From Desulfatiglandales bacterium (GTDB lineage: Bacteria; Desulfobacterota; DSM-4660; Desulfatiglandales; Desulfatiglandaceae), in NCBI GenBank assembly GCA_963666345.1, contig OY762721.1, forward strand, positions 2,912,001 to 2,976,000: DNA of 64,000 nt. The letters are read 5' to 3'. Positions 33,465 through 43,193 of this stretch are shown piece after piece; positions within the stretch are counted from its first letter, which is position 1; each line of letters opens with the position of its first letter. The notes beneath the pieces are model-generated. The model worked only from the letters and a program-made list of their open reading frames with translations, was not told where the DNA came from and did not search any database. Position numbers and translations under genes: made by a program.

Positions 33465-33688
33465 AGCAGGTTACTCGTTGCCGGTGACTGGATACTGGTT
33501 GAAAAGAAAAACGAGGAACGTGTTTTCCGAAAGTCAAGTATCATTATCGAATGGTTGAGAATTTGGCCGCTTTGAAAACTCAAAGATACTGGATGTATCT
33601 TTTCGACATGGTCGGTGTAAATATCATTATCCTAACCTGGACTATTCGCGGGTCCCTATTTTCAAGAATACCGGAACAGGAGGAAACG

Positions 33689-35023
33689 ATGGTAAAAATT
33701 AAGAAATCACCTGACGATTCCGGACTCAGGCGACGGGCCGAGGAAAAACTGAAAGAAGCGTCCAGACGTAGCGAAGATCTCTCCGGAGTGTCGCCCGAAA
33801 AAATGGCACATCTCATCCACGACCTTCAGGTTCATCAGATCGAGTTAGAAATGCAGAATGATGAACTCCGGCGCATCCAAGGGGAACTTGAACTAACGCG
33901 GGACAAGTATGCTCATCTGTACAACTTTGCGCCGGTCGGTTATTTTACAATGAGTGAAACTGGGGCCATCGAAGAGGCCAATCTCACCATCTCTTCCATG
34001 TTAGGGTTAGAACGGAGCGCCTTGATCGGAAAACCCTTCAACCGCTTTGTTCTGAGAGAAGACAAGGACATTTTCTATAAACATCGGCGACGTCTTTTGG
34101 AGACAGAGGCGCCCCAATCCTGTGATCTACGGCTAATGAAAAAAGACGGTCATGAGTTTAATGTCCGTATGGAAGGCATGGTCATAAAAAACAGGGGTAA
34201 CGATTTAAGGCAGATCAGGTCGGCGGTCAACGACATTACTGAACTCAAACAGGCAGAGAAAACGATAAAGGAACATTCTGAGACACTGGAGAAACGGGTC
34301 GATTTTTTACAGAGGATGGAAGCCATGGGTATATTTGCCGGGGGCATTGCGCATGATTTCACCAATCTACTGACAGTCATCATAAGTTACTCAAATTTTG
34401 CGTTAGACGGAGTTGGGCCGGAAAATGACATTCGAGAGGATATTGAAAAAATTATCCAGAATGCGAAACTCGGCGTATCGTTAGCTCATCAGCTCCTGCT
34501 TTTCAGTTGCAATATCCCGGTTGAGCAAAAAATTACGAATCTCAATGAATTGATAAGCGACATGGAAAAGATGCTAAGGCGTGTTATTACAAAGAAGATA
34601 GATCTGATGATTTTGCTGGAACCGGAGTTAGGCCGGGTCTTAGTCGATTCTGGCAAGGTGCAACTAATGATAATAAACCTTGTGGTCAATGCAGTCGATG
34701 CGATGCCCGAAGGGGGGCTGCTTACAATTGCGACTGCAAATGAGGAATCAGGCGAGCGCCCCATTCAAAAGGACAGCTCCGGTCATCAGGGGCCGAAAAT
34801 TGTGCTGTCGGTAAGTGACACGGGTATCGGTATGGACGAAGAGACCGTATTAAAAATATTTGAACCTTTCTTTACGACCAAAAAAAAGGGGGTGGGGACA
34901 GGGCTGGGCCTGGCCATTGCTTTCGATGCTGTTAAAGAAAACGACGGATTCATAAGGGTTTACAGCCGGCCGGGACATGGATCGACCTTTAAGATCTATC
35001 TGCCAAGAGTGCACGAGAAATGA
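33689..35023 (+). CDS. PAS histidine kinase
   Basis: LQVHQIELEMQN coiled coil, PAS, AHDFTN H-box, HATPase; AGGAGG RBS before the ATG at 33689. Confidence 0.88.
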   Translation: MVKIKKSPDDSGLRRRAEEKLKEASRRSEDLSGVSPEKMAHLIHDLQVHQIELEMQNDELRRIQGELELTRDKYAHLYNFAPVGYFTMSETGAIEEANLTISSMLGLERSALIGKPFNRFVLREDKDIFYKHRRRLLETEAPQSCDLRLMKKDGHEFNVRMEGMVIKNRGNDLRQIRSAVNDITELKQAEKTIKEHSETLEKRVDFLQRMEAMGIFAGGIAHDFTNLLTVIISYSNFALDGVGPENDIREDIEKIIQNAKLGVSLAHQLLLFSCNIPVEQKITNLNELISDMEKMLRRVITKKIDLMILLEPELGRVLVDSGKVQLMIINLVVNAVDAMPEGGLLTIATANEESGERPIQKDSSGHQGPKIVLSVSDTGIGMDEETVLKIFEPFFTTKKKGVGTGLGLAIAFDAVKENDGFIRVYSRPGHGSTFKIYLPRVHEK

Positions 35024-35123
35024 GCGGTCGGGACTGGGCGAAGCGATTATTATCTTTGGGGTTGGAGTCTCTTGATGTCAGATCCTGAACAACGGCTTTA
35101 TTAACCTGGCAAGAGCGTTTTAT

Positions 35124-35139
35124 TGGCATGAAGAATGCT
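35124..35139 (+). promoter_or_regulatory. Putative sigma54 promoter of the gas-vesicle regulatory operon
   Basis: TGGCATGAAGAATGCT = GG-N10-GC. Confidence 0.55.
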
Positions 35140-35268
35140 TCCCTTATAGTTTTTAACACACCGTCCACTTGCCGTTCGACCCTGAGGCTCACAATGGGAG
35201 GCGGGGAGCCTCATTCATGGAACGATTGCCTTCACACGTTTTCCACACGGATGGACACATCGCTCTGT

Positions 35269-35320
35269 ATGGAGGTTGCTCCATAAAAATATGGAGCTAT
35301 CACTATGGAATAAATTCCAT
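35269..35320. promoter_or_regulatory. ATGGA-N6-TCCAT palindromes (candidate enhancer-binding-protein sites)
   Basis: Perfect copies at 35269-35284 and 35305-35320, half-site at 35291. Confidence 0.55.
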
Positions 35321-35346
35321 ATATTTTTACAAAAGGCTGACTCTCG

Positions 35347-36000
35347 ATGAAAAAAACAAACAAAGGCGCCGGTCCGGAAGTTATAGATAAAAAGCTTATA
35401 CACATTCCCATCATCCATACCGAAGCCGATATGGGAAGACTGAGCGGACCGGTGCGGCAAGCAGCCCTTCAAAAACTGGGAATAAGGGGCATAAAAAGAA
35501 AGGTCGATTTAATCGATAAAATCTGGACGGTAATTGAAAAGACCGTCGAGGGACTGGACCTGTCGTTTGAAAAAGTTCGCCTCTATCAGGACGGGTTACC
35601 TGTTTGCGGCAATGAGTCCGGGATTGTTACTGACTTGGCTGCGTCAGGAAGCAGAAACCACCGGCTACTTATGCGTTTGATGGATAAAGGGGCCCTGATT
35701 ATGGGGACCGAATCGCCGGAACTCCTCCTGGAAGAATATGAACTCACAAAAAAAAATCTTACTGCAGGCGGGAATTTGAAATCGATGAAGATCGAAGCGC
35801 ACCAGAAGCCGGTGAGTGATTCCCTGCTGAAAAGGCGTGATCAATTCATCGCGGATCGAATCAACGATACACTGTGTCCGGGGGAAACGGGAATATTGTT
35901 TTTAGGTATGCTTCACTCGTTGGGGCCTTTGCTGGACGAGCAAATCAAGGTTGTTTATCCGATTCCCGGACCGTTTAATCGATGGAGCCGAATGGCATGA
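35347..36000 (+). CDS. Hypothetical protein of the gas vesicle locus (position equivalent to Serratia gvpY)
   Basis: 217-aa ORF overlapping the NtrC-type gene by ATGA; the identity is inferred from position only. Confidence 0.55.
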   Translation: MKKTNKGAGPEVIDKKLIHIPIIHTEADMGRLSGPVRQAALQKLGIRGIKRKVDLIDKIWTVIEKTVEGLDLSFEKVRLYQDGLPVCGNESGIVTDLAASGSRNHRLLMRLMDKGALIMGTESPELLLEEYELTKKNLTAGGNLKSMKIEAHQKPVSDSLLKRRDQFIADRINDTLCPGETGILFLGMLHSLGPLLDEQIKVVYPIPGPFNRWSRMA

Positions 36001-37409
36001 AAGAAAACGACATAAAGGTTGTGGTCGCTGATGACGAGAAAGAGATCTGCACCCTTCTATCCCGTCTTCTGGAACGAGAAGGCTGCAGGGTCCTGATGGC
36101 CAACAATGGGGTTGATGCGCTGAAATTGATCAAATCCGAATTACCTGAAATTCTGTTTACAGATTTCAAGATGCCGGGCATGGATGGGATTCAATTGATG
36201 ACGAAGGCAAAAAAATGGGATCCGGACCTTCCGGTCATTCTCATTACCGCCTATGCGGATGTCCCAAGCGCTGTCATGGCAATCAAAAAGGGGGCCCATG
36301 ATTACCTGCCGAAACCTTTTGACCACATTGAAATTGCCAGGGTCCTGCACCGGGCATTGGCCGAACGGAAACTCAAAAGACAAGTCACGGTACTTTCCGG
36401 CCAATTGCAGGAAAAACTCTCCCTGCGGCAGAGCATGGGGCCAAGTGAGGAGATCGACCGCATAATATCCGATGTGAAGAAAGTCGCAGGATCGGATTTC
36501 ACAGTAGTCATTCAGGGAGAGACCGGGTCCGGAAAGGAGCTTGTTTCCCGGGCGATCCATAACGCCAGTTGCCGCTCCGGCGGCCCATTTGTAGCCATCG
36601 ATTGCGGGGCCATTCCGGAGACGCTTTTGGAAAGTGAATTGTTCGGCCACGAAAAAGGCTCTTTCACAGGGGCTCTATTTCAAAAGCCGGGTAAATTCGA
36701 AATGGCCAAAGGGGGCACCCTGCTGTTGGACGAAATATCAAACCTGTCCCTGAATTCTCAGGTCGTCCTCTTGCGGGTGCTGCAGGAAAAGAAGGCCTTT
36801 CGGGTGGGCGGACACAAACCTTATAACGTGGACATACGGCTTTTGGCTGCCAGTAACCAGCCCATTGAAAAGGCTGTCGAATCAGGCTTGTTCCGCCGGG
36901 ATCTTTTTTACCGGCTGAATGAATTCAGCATCAGGATTCCACCGCTTCGGGAACGCCCGAGCGACATACCTTACCTGGCTAACCGGTTTTTAAAGATTAC
37001 CAACTTTGAGTTGGAGAAAAACGTAAAACGACTTTCCAAGTCCGCCATCGATATTTTGCTCGCCTACAAGTGGCCCGGCAATGTCAGGCAGCTTCGATCC
37101 ACCATTCGGCGGGCCGTACTCTTAGCGGATGACATCATCACCGATAAACACCTGGATATAGACAGGGCGCCCGTTTCCGAACGAAGTTCGTCCCCGAAAA
37201 TGACAAGAATTTTACAAAAAGACTTTTCATACAAAGGTATACTACACCAGCAAACTGCTGCCTTGGAGCGGGAAATAATATCTAAGGCGCTTGAGCATAC
37301 CGGAGGAAACAAGGCAAAAGCGGCACGCTTATTGCGTATCGATTATAAAACGATTCATACCAAAGTCAAACATCTGGGAATTAAGATGAAGGGGAAAGAC
37401 CATGAGTGA
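35997..37409 (+). CDS. Sigma54-dependent NtrC-family response regulator (GvrA-like)
   Basis: REC (TDFKMP), GETGSGKE, ESELFGHEKGSFTGA, WPGNVRQL, Fis HTH. Confidence 0.92.
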   Translation: MKENDIKVVVADDEKEICTLLSRLLEREGCRVLMANNGVDALKLIKSELPEILFTDFKMPGMDGIQLMTKAKKWDPDLPVILITAYADVPSAVMAIKKGAHDYLPKPFDHIEIARVLHRALAERKLKRQVTVLSGQLQEKLSLRQSMGPSEEIDRIISDVKKVAGSDFTVVIQGETGSGKELVSRAIHNASCRSGGPFVAIDCGAIPETLLESELFGHEKGSFTGALFQKPGKFEMAKGGTLLLDEISNLSLNSQVVLLRVLQEKKAFRVGGHKPYNVDIRLLAASNQPIEKAVESGLFRRDLFYRLNEFSIRIPPLRERPSDIPYLANRFLKITNFELEKNVKRLSKSAIDILLAYKWPGNVRQLRSTIRRAVLLADDIITDKHLDIDRAPVSERSSSPKMTRILQKDFSYKGILHQQTAALEREIISKALEHTGGNKAKAARLLRIDYKTIHTKVKHLGIKMKGKDHE

Positions 37410-37914
37410 AAAAAACGGGAAGAAGATGGGGTTTGGAGGGATACTCGAAGGTTTTACCGATCTTGTTGGAAAACTCGGTGAACTGGCGGAAAAGGGGGAG
37501 GAGCTCTCGAAAAGCGGTGAAATCAAGTTTAAGGGCAATGGAGAAGACCTTAAGGGGGTCATGGGGTTCTCCGTCAAGATGGGCCTGGGCGGTGAAGGGG
37601 TCAAGGTTGAGCCTTTCGGCAACGTACGAAAGGATGAGAAAACCGGAGAGTCGGTGGTCCAGGAAATCCGCGAACCGGTGGTGGATATCTTTGAAGAGGA
37701 AGACCACACCCTTGTACTGGCTGAAATGCCGGGAGTAAGTGCCGAGGATGTTCGTATTGAGGTCAAAGATGACCTGCTTAGTATCTATGCTGAAAAAAGG
37801 GGAAAAAAGTACAGGAAGGAAGTCCTTCTGCCCCGGAACTATCCCAAAGAGAAAATGCTGATTTCATGCAATAACGGTATTTTGGAGATAAAGTGTATGA
37901 ATCAACAATCATAG
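37402..37914 (+). CDS. gvpH: Hsp20/alpha-crystallin protein, GvpH-like
   Basis: REPVVDIFEE, AEMPGV, NNGILEI; within the gvp locus. Confidence 0.7.
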   Translation: MSEKNGKKMGFGGILEGFTDLVGKLGELAEKGEELSKSGEIKFKGNGEDLKGVMGFSVKMGLGGEGVKVEPFGNVRKDEKTGESVVQEIREPVVDIFEEEDHTLVLAEMPGVSAEDVRIEVKDDLLSIYAEKRGKKYRKEVLLPRNYPKEKMLISCNNGILEIKCMNQQS

Positions 37915-37923
37915 GGGTTATCA

Positions 37924-40047
37924 ATGGCTGACAAGAAAGAGGTTGCTCTAAAGTTGAAGGTAGCTGAGGCGCTCGGCAAAGATATGGGGCGGGCATTCGC
38001 CCGTATGGGCCCTGAAGACCTTGAAAAACTGAAAGTCGCCATTGGCGATATCGTTGAAGTCTCAGGAAAACGGAATACCGTATGCAAGGCCATGCCGGCC
38101 TATAAAGAACTTCGAGGTCAATCCAGAATTCAACTTGACGGGCTCATCCGGGAAAATGCGGGGGCCGGGATCGATGAATTCGTTCTGGTTAAAAAAAATG
38201 CATGTCGGCCCGCTCAACGGGTCCACCTCGCCCCGACTACCATAACCCCGGATACCCGGGACTTGAAATACATCGGCAGCCTTTTAGACGGTCTGCCCGT
38301 GATGGAAGGAAATCGAATTCGGGCCACCCTGTTTGGGAGCCGCAGCGCCGATTTCAAAGTGGAAAACACCGCCCCAAAAGGGCCCGTGATCATCAACCCC
38401 ACAACTCAGCTTGTGATCGGAAAGGGGCCAAAGGAGGAGGCCAGGACCTCGGTGTCCTATGAGGATATCGGGGGACTCAAACGGCAGGTGCAGCGTATAC
38501 GGGAAATGATCGAACTTCCCCTGCGCTATCCGGAGATCTTCAAAACGCTGGGGATCGATCCACCCAAAGGGGTTCTTCTTCTTGGCCCGCCGGGTTGCGG
38601 AAAGACTCTCATCGCCCGGGCTATCGCCCATGAAACAGAGGCAATCTTTTTTTCGGTGAGCGGTCCTGAGGTGGTGCATAAGTTTTACGGAGAGAGCGAG
38701 GCTCACCTTCGGAAGATTTTTGAGGAAGCCTCCCAGAAGGGGCCCAGCATAGTCTTTCTGGATGAGATCGATGCGATTGCTCCCAGAAGGGAGAAGGTCG
38801 TGGGGGATGTGGAAAAACGTGTGGTGGCGCAACTCCTTGCCCTGATGGACGGGCTGACCAAACGACAGAACGTCATTGTCATTGCCGCCACTAATATCCC
38901 CAATGCCCTGGACCCGGCGCTGCGACGGCCGGGCCGTTTCGACAGGGAGATTTCCATCCCGATTCCCGACCGGACCAGCAGGCTGGAAATCCTGGAAATC
39001 CACAGCCGCGGGATGCCGTTGTCCCAGGATGTGGACATGGGCCATCTCGCAGAGATCACGCACGGTTTTGTCGGGGCCGACCTTGAGGCCCTGTGTCGGG
39101 AAGCGGCAATGATCTGCCTGAGACGTATCATACCCGACATCGATTTCGGCTTAACCCGGATTCCCTATGAGCAGCTCGCGAATCTCGAGGTGCACATGGA
39201 CGATTTCCTCGGTGCGATGCGGGAGGTTGAACCATCCGCCATTCGGGAGGTCTTTGTTGAAGTCCCTGATGTACGCTGGCACGACGTGGGGGGCCTTGGG
39301 GCGGTCAAAGACCGTCTTGTAGAAGCGGTGGAGTGGCCCTTGAAATACCCTCATCTCTTTGAGCAGGCAGGTATCCGGCCTCCGAAAGGCATCCTGCTAT
39401 CGGGAGCGCCCGGGTGCGGCAAGACGTTGCTGGCCAAGGCCATTGCCACCGAAAGCAAGGTAAACTTTATCTCCGTGAAAGGCCCAGCCCTGCTTTCACA
39501 ATATGTAGGAGAATCGGAGAGGGCGGTGCGGGAGGTGTTTCACAAGGCAAGGCAGGCCGCGCCGTGTATTGTGTTTTTCGATGAAATTGATGCGCTGGTT
39601 CCCATTAGGAGTGCCGGTTCATCAGATTCCCATGTGGCGGAGAGAGTGCTCAGTCAGTTCCTGGCGGAATTGGACGGGATCGAAGACCTGAAGGGGGTCC
39701 TGGTGCTCGGAGCGACGAACAGGGTGGATATGCTCGACGCTGCAGCGCTCCGGCCAGGACGGTTTGATGAGATGGTGGAGATTTCCATGCCGGATGAAAA
39801 AGATCGCAAGGAAATCTTCGAGATACATCTTCGAAACAAGCCCCTTGCGAAAGGGGTCAGCCCTAATGATTTGGCCGCCGGGACCGAGGGTTTCAGCGGC
39901 GCGGATATCGCCGGGGTCTGCCACAAGGCTGCGCTCAAGGCCCTTCGCAGAGTAGTGCAGGGAGGGGGCGGCGAAAAGAGTGGCAAGGCTGTCGACCTGC
40001 GGATTCGGAGGAAAGACTTGTCTAATACCATAGAAGAGGTGAAGTGA
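37924..40047 (+). CDS. CDC48/VCP-type AAA+ ATPase (GvpZ-like)
   Basis: Double-psi-barrel-like N-domain, D1 GPPGCGKT, D2 GAPGCGKT, RRPGRFDRE. Confidence 0.92.
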   Translation: MADKKEVALKLKVAEALGKDMGRAFARMGPEDLEKLKVAIGDIVEVSGKRNTVCKAMPAYKELRGQSRIQLDGLIRENAGAGIDEFVLVKKNACRPAQRVHLAPTTITPDTRDLKYIGSLLDGLPVMEGNRIRATLFGSRSADFKVENTAPKGPVIINPTTQLVIGKGPKEEARTSVSYEDIGGLKRQVQRIREMIELPLRYPEIFKTLGIDPPKGVLLLGPPGCGKTLIARAIAHETEAIFFSVSGPEVVHKFYGESEAHLRKIFEEASQKGPSIVFLDEIDAIAPRREKVVGDVEKRVVAQLLALMDGLTKRQNVIVIAATNIPNALDPALRRPGRFDREISIPIPDRTSRLEILEIHSRGMPLSQDVDMGHLAEITHGFVGADLEALCREAAMICLRRIIPDIDFGLTRIPYEQLANLEVHMDDFLGAMREVEPSAIREVFVEVPDVRWHDVGGLGAVKDRLVEAVEWPLKYPHLFEQAGIRPPKGILLSGAPGCGKTLLAKAIATESKVNFISVKGPALLSQYVGESERAVREVFHKARQAAPCIVFFDEIDALVPIRSAGSSDSHVAERVLSQFLAELDGIEDLKGVLVLGATNRVDMLDAAALRPGRFDEMVEISMPDEKDRKEIFEIHLRNKPLAKGVSPNDLAAGTEGFSGADIAGVCHKAALKALRRVVQGGGGEKSGKAVDLRIRRKDLSNTIEEVK

Positions 40048-40610
40048 GGGACCATGGATTTATCAAACCACAAAAAAGATCCAGGTTGCTCGGATCCGGT
40101 TTCTTGGCTGTCATGAAGCGATCTATTCCCCCCAGGACCATGCGGGATGTCTCCCGCTCACATCGGAAACATGGAGGTCCGGTCAAAACAAACCGGGTCG
40201 TTTCAGGTTTCGGCATAACGGGGCGAATCTCCGGAGCAAGGCAATCGGGGCCCCAGGGGCATGAGAATCCTGTTACCACCCCTTTGCCGACGGGGCGCTT
40301 TCAGAAGCCCAGGAACTGGAAATTCCAGACGAAACCGTTCTTCAAAAAAATCAAAGGTCCCCTGGTGGATGTTTTTCACGAGGCGGAGGAAGTGCTTATT
40401 GTCGTTGATCTTTATGGTTTTTCACGGCGGGATGTTTCCTTGAGCATGAGCGAGAACAGATATTTGATTTCCGCATGCACGGAGGATCAAAGTTTTCTGG
40501 AGGAAATACCGCTGCCGCCGGAGTTCGATTTAGAAAAGTGCGTTGAAAATTTCAGGAACGGCATCCTTGAGATCGTCATTCCACGAAAGAAAGTGAAGGA
40601 TTTAACATAG
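40044..40610 (+). CDS. Second Hsp20-domain protein with basic N-terminal extension
   Basis: PLVDVFHE...FRNGILEIVIP. Confidence 0.7.
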   Translation: MRDHGFIKPQKRSRLLGSGFLAVMKRSIPPRTMRDVSRSHRKHGGPVKTNRVVSGFGITGRISGARQSGPQGHENPVTTPLPTGRFQKPRNWKFQTKPFFKKIKGPLVDVFHEAEEVLIVVDLYGFSRRDVSLSMSENRYLISACTEDQSFLEEIPLPPEFDLEKCVENFRNGILEIVIPRKKVKDLT

Positions 40611-40678
40611 AGAGGGTCGTCCTTCATGGGAAGCAAAGGACTCAAAACGCCGGAATCCGGGGAAAAGGACTCTACAGG

Positions 40679-41101
40679 ATGAAAAAAAATCGTACTCAAC
40701 GAAAACAGATAGTCCTCGTTATTGAGGACGAAAAGGAAGTCCTGACTATCTTAGCCCGATTACTCAACAACGAGGGTTATAATGTCTTAGAGGCGGAAAA
40801 CGGTGCCCATGCAGTGCAAATTGCCGGTAGAATTAAACCGGACGTGGCTTTACTGGATCTGAATCTGCCCGACTGTAACGGTATCCGGCTGTTGGGAGAA
40901 CTTAAGGCGATGGACAAGACCCTTCAGGTGATTATCCTGACCGCTCACGGCACGCAGGAGGCGGTTCGGAGCGCGATGGAACTCGGGGCCTTTAATTTCC
41001 TGACCAAACCCTTTGAATTTAACGAATTGTGCGAGGCGGTGCGGGAGGCCTTTGAAACAAAATACGGTTTGGTCAAGCAGGATGAACAACATGTCCAATG
41101 A
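40679..41101 (+). CDS. Single-domain response regulator
   Basis: IEDE, LLDLNLP, LTAHG, TKPF. Confidence 0.9.
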   Translation: MKKNRTQRKQIVLVIEDEKEVLTILARLLNNEGYNVLEAENGAHAVQIAGRIKPDVALLDLNLPDCNGIRLLGELKAMDKTLQVIILTAHGTQEAVRSAMELGAFNFLTKPFEFNELCEAVREAFETKYGLVKQDEQHVQ

Positions 41102-41903
41102 TTCCAGCGCCATTTACCTTTTCTGTTTTGCACGACGCCACAGACTGCCGGTTTTTGAGGTCGGCGGTCTGGATCATCGACATCCTGTTTCATTCTGGGC
41201 ATTCAAAGATATCGTTGCGGTGCTGGGCATGTCATCCCTCGAGGATTTTTGCGGCCCGGAAGCTGAAAACAGGATGAAGGACCTGGCATGGATCGGACCT
41301 CGTGTCTGCCGCCACGAAGAGGTCGTGGAGGAAGTCATGCGCCGTTCTCCGGCATTTCCAGCCCGGTTCGGAACCATTTTTTCCTCGCTTGACGCCCTTG
41401 AGAAACTCCTTGACGTCCACTACGATAAAATATCCCGGTTCCTGGATAAGGCAGCGGACAAGGAAGAATGGGCCGTAAAGGGGCTGTTGAACAGGGTGCA
41501 GACCAGGACAAGTTTTTCGACACTTATGCTTTCAAGGGAAGAAGGGCGACTGGCCTCACTTTCGCCGGGAAAGCGATATCTTGCCGAGCAGCGAATCAGA
41601 AGCAGTGCCGACAGGGAACTGAACATCTGGTTGAATGGGATCATTAAGGGTATCGGGGACGACTTGTGTCGGCATTCCTCTGAATTTCGTGAACGCAAGG
41701 TGCTTTCCCCTGACAGCGAAGCAATGGAGATGGTCCTGAACTGGGCATTTTGGACAGCGCGGGAAGATGCCGATGATTTTCGGGCCAGGGTCGACAGGGC
41801 AAATGAACAGAATGACCGGCAGGGACTGCTGTTACAACTATCGGGGCCATGGCCCCCTTACAGCTTTCTACCCAACCTTGATTTGGTGACCGGTGAACAG
41901 TGA
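41091..41903 (+). CDS. gvpL: GvpL/GvpF-family gas vesicle protein
   Basis: IYLFCF, HEEVVEEVM..PARFGTIF, EEWAVK, SGPWPPYSF. Confidence 0.85.
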   Translation: MSNDSSAIYLFCFARRHRLPVFEVGGLDHRHPVSFWAFKDIVAVLGMSSLEDFCGPEAENRMKDLAWIGPRVCRHEEVVEEVMRRSPAFPARFGTIFSSLDALEKLLDVHYDKISRFLDKAADKEEWAVKGLLNRVQTRTSFSTLMLSREEGRLASLSPGKRYLAEQRIRSSADRELNIWLNGIIKGIGDDLCRHSSEFRERKVLSPDSEAMEMVLNWAFWTAREDADDFRARVDRANEQNDRQGLLLQLSGPWPPYSFLPNLDLVTGEQ

Positions 41904-41926
41904 TCGGTAATCAGTGAACAGTGGGG
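41885..41926. repeat. Heptamer array, left arm of four-helix-bundle element 1
   Basis: GGTGACC GGTGAAC AGTGATC GGTAATC AGTGAAC AGTGGGG. Confidence 0.8.
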
Positions 41927-41932
41927 ACGAAA

Positions 41933-42328
41933 ATGAGTGAATTGGGACATGCAGAAAGTTTTCGAGACTTGATTGTATATCAAAAAGCCAGGAAAGTTGC
42001 CAGTAGGATCTTTGAGATTACCAGGGGCTTTCCGAAGGAAGAGATGTATTCATTAACTGATCAGATAAGACGATCATCAAGGTCGATTGGTGCCCAAATA
42101 GCAGAGGCGTGGGTAAAGCGACGCTATGAAAAACATTTTGTAAGCAAACTTACCGATGCTGACGGTGAGCAATTGGAGACACAACATTGGATCGACACAG
42201 CAATGGATTGCGGATATCTTGATGATGCCCAAGCGGTCGACTTGAACGATGAACTCTCTAAGATTGGCCGAATGCTAAACTCAATGATCAAAAAGTCTGA
42301 ACAATTCTGCGGAAAAGATCACAGGTAA
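41933..42328 (+). CDS. Four helix bundle protein (23S rRNA IVS / bAvd-like family)
   Basis: SFRDLIVYQKA, FPKEEMYSLTDQIRRSSRSIGAQIAEAW, ETQHWID. Confidence 0.92.
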   Translation: MSELGHAESFRDLIVYQKARKVASRIFEITRGFPKEEMYSLTDQIRRSSRSIGAQIAEAWVKRRYEKHFVSKLTDADGEQLETQHWIDTAMDCGYLDDAQAVDLNDELSKIGRMLNSMIKKSEQFCGKDHR

Positions 42329-42358
42329 CCGATCACCGATTACCGATTACCGATCACT
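42317..42358. repeat. Heptamer array, right (inverted) arm of element 1
   Basis: GATCACA GGTAACC GATCACC GATTACC GATTACC GATCACT, complementary to the left-arm units. Confidence 0.8.
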
Positions 42359-42380
42359 GTACAGTGGGGATTTACAAAGC

Positions 42381-43184
42381 GTGTATTTACTGTATTGCAT
42401 ATTTCACGGCATTGAAGTCCAAAGGCAAGCGACCCTTAAGGGGGTTGGCGGTCAACCTGTCTTTCCGGTTGCGATAAACGGCATCGGCGCTGCCGTATCC
42501 GAAATTAGCGATGCGCATTTGACGCCTGATGTTCCGCAGGTCATGGCATACAAAAAGGTTGTAGAATCATTTCACAGCGATCGAACGGTCATTCCCATGC
42601 GATACGGCTGTGTGCTCAGGGACAGGCCTCAGGTTGTTCAGCTTTTGAAGAGAAACGCCCGTCGGTATGAATCGCTTCTCAAAGAACTGGATGGCTGCGT
42701 GGAGATGGGGATTCGATTGATGATTGATGATTGCCGATTGTCGATTGAAGATTTAAGGAAATCGGAGTTAGAAAATTTCGATCCGCAATCCGCAATCCAG
42801 AATCCAAAATCCAAAATCACGGGACGGGCATATCTGGCCGCCCGAAAAGAGCATTATGCCCAAGAAGAATGCATCACGGAAGCGAACAATGAAATCGCCG
42901 AGCAATTCCGTGCCGCGTTGGCCGGTCTCTTCGTGAAATGTAAAGTTGAGACTGCTGCAATCGCCAATCGCCAATCCGCAATCCACAATCCACTTCTTTC
43001 CCTTTATTTTCTCGTGCCTAAAAAATCCATTGATCCGTTCCGGCGGGTTTTTCGGCACATGCGCCGCAGGATGGAAACCACGAAGCTTCTTTTGAGCGGG
43101 CCATGGCCTCCTTACAGTTTTGTGCTGCCTGACAAGAAAGAGCGCCGGTCGGGGCTTCAGGACAAAGAGGTAAAAGAAAGGTAA
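42381..43184 (+). CDS. gvpF: GvpL/GvpF-family gas vesicle protein with in-frame heptamer insertions
   Basis: YLLYCI, TVIPMRYG, VEMGIR, GRAYL, SGPWPPYSF. Confidence 0.82.
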   Translation: MYLLYCIFHGIEVQRQATLKGVGGQPVFPVAINGIGAAVSEISDAHLTPDVPQVMAYKKVVESFHSDRTVIPMRYGCVLRDRPQVVQLLKRNARRYESLLKELDGCVEMGIRLMIDDCRLSIEDLRKSELENFDPQSAIQNPKSKITGRAYLAARKEHYAQEECITEANNEIAEQFRAALAGLFVKCKVETAAIANRQSAIHNPLLSLYFLVPKKSIDPFRRVFRHMRRRMETTKLLLSGPWPPYSFVLPDKKERRSGLQDKEVKER

Positions 43185-43193
43185 CCCTGGACC

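Noticed and set aside
38284..39063. Long antisense ORFs (also 7354-8001, 32132-32767, 63229-63777)
   Set aside because: These are shadows of well-supported genes on the opposite strand.
41933..42328. 23S rRNA gene with intervening sequence
   Set aside because: The flanks are gvp coding genes, and no rRNA sequence is present.
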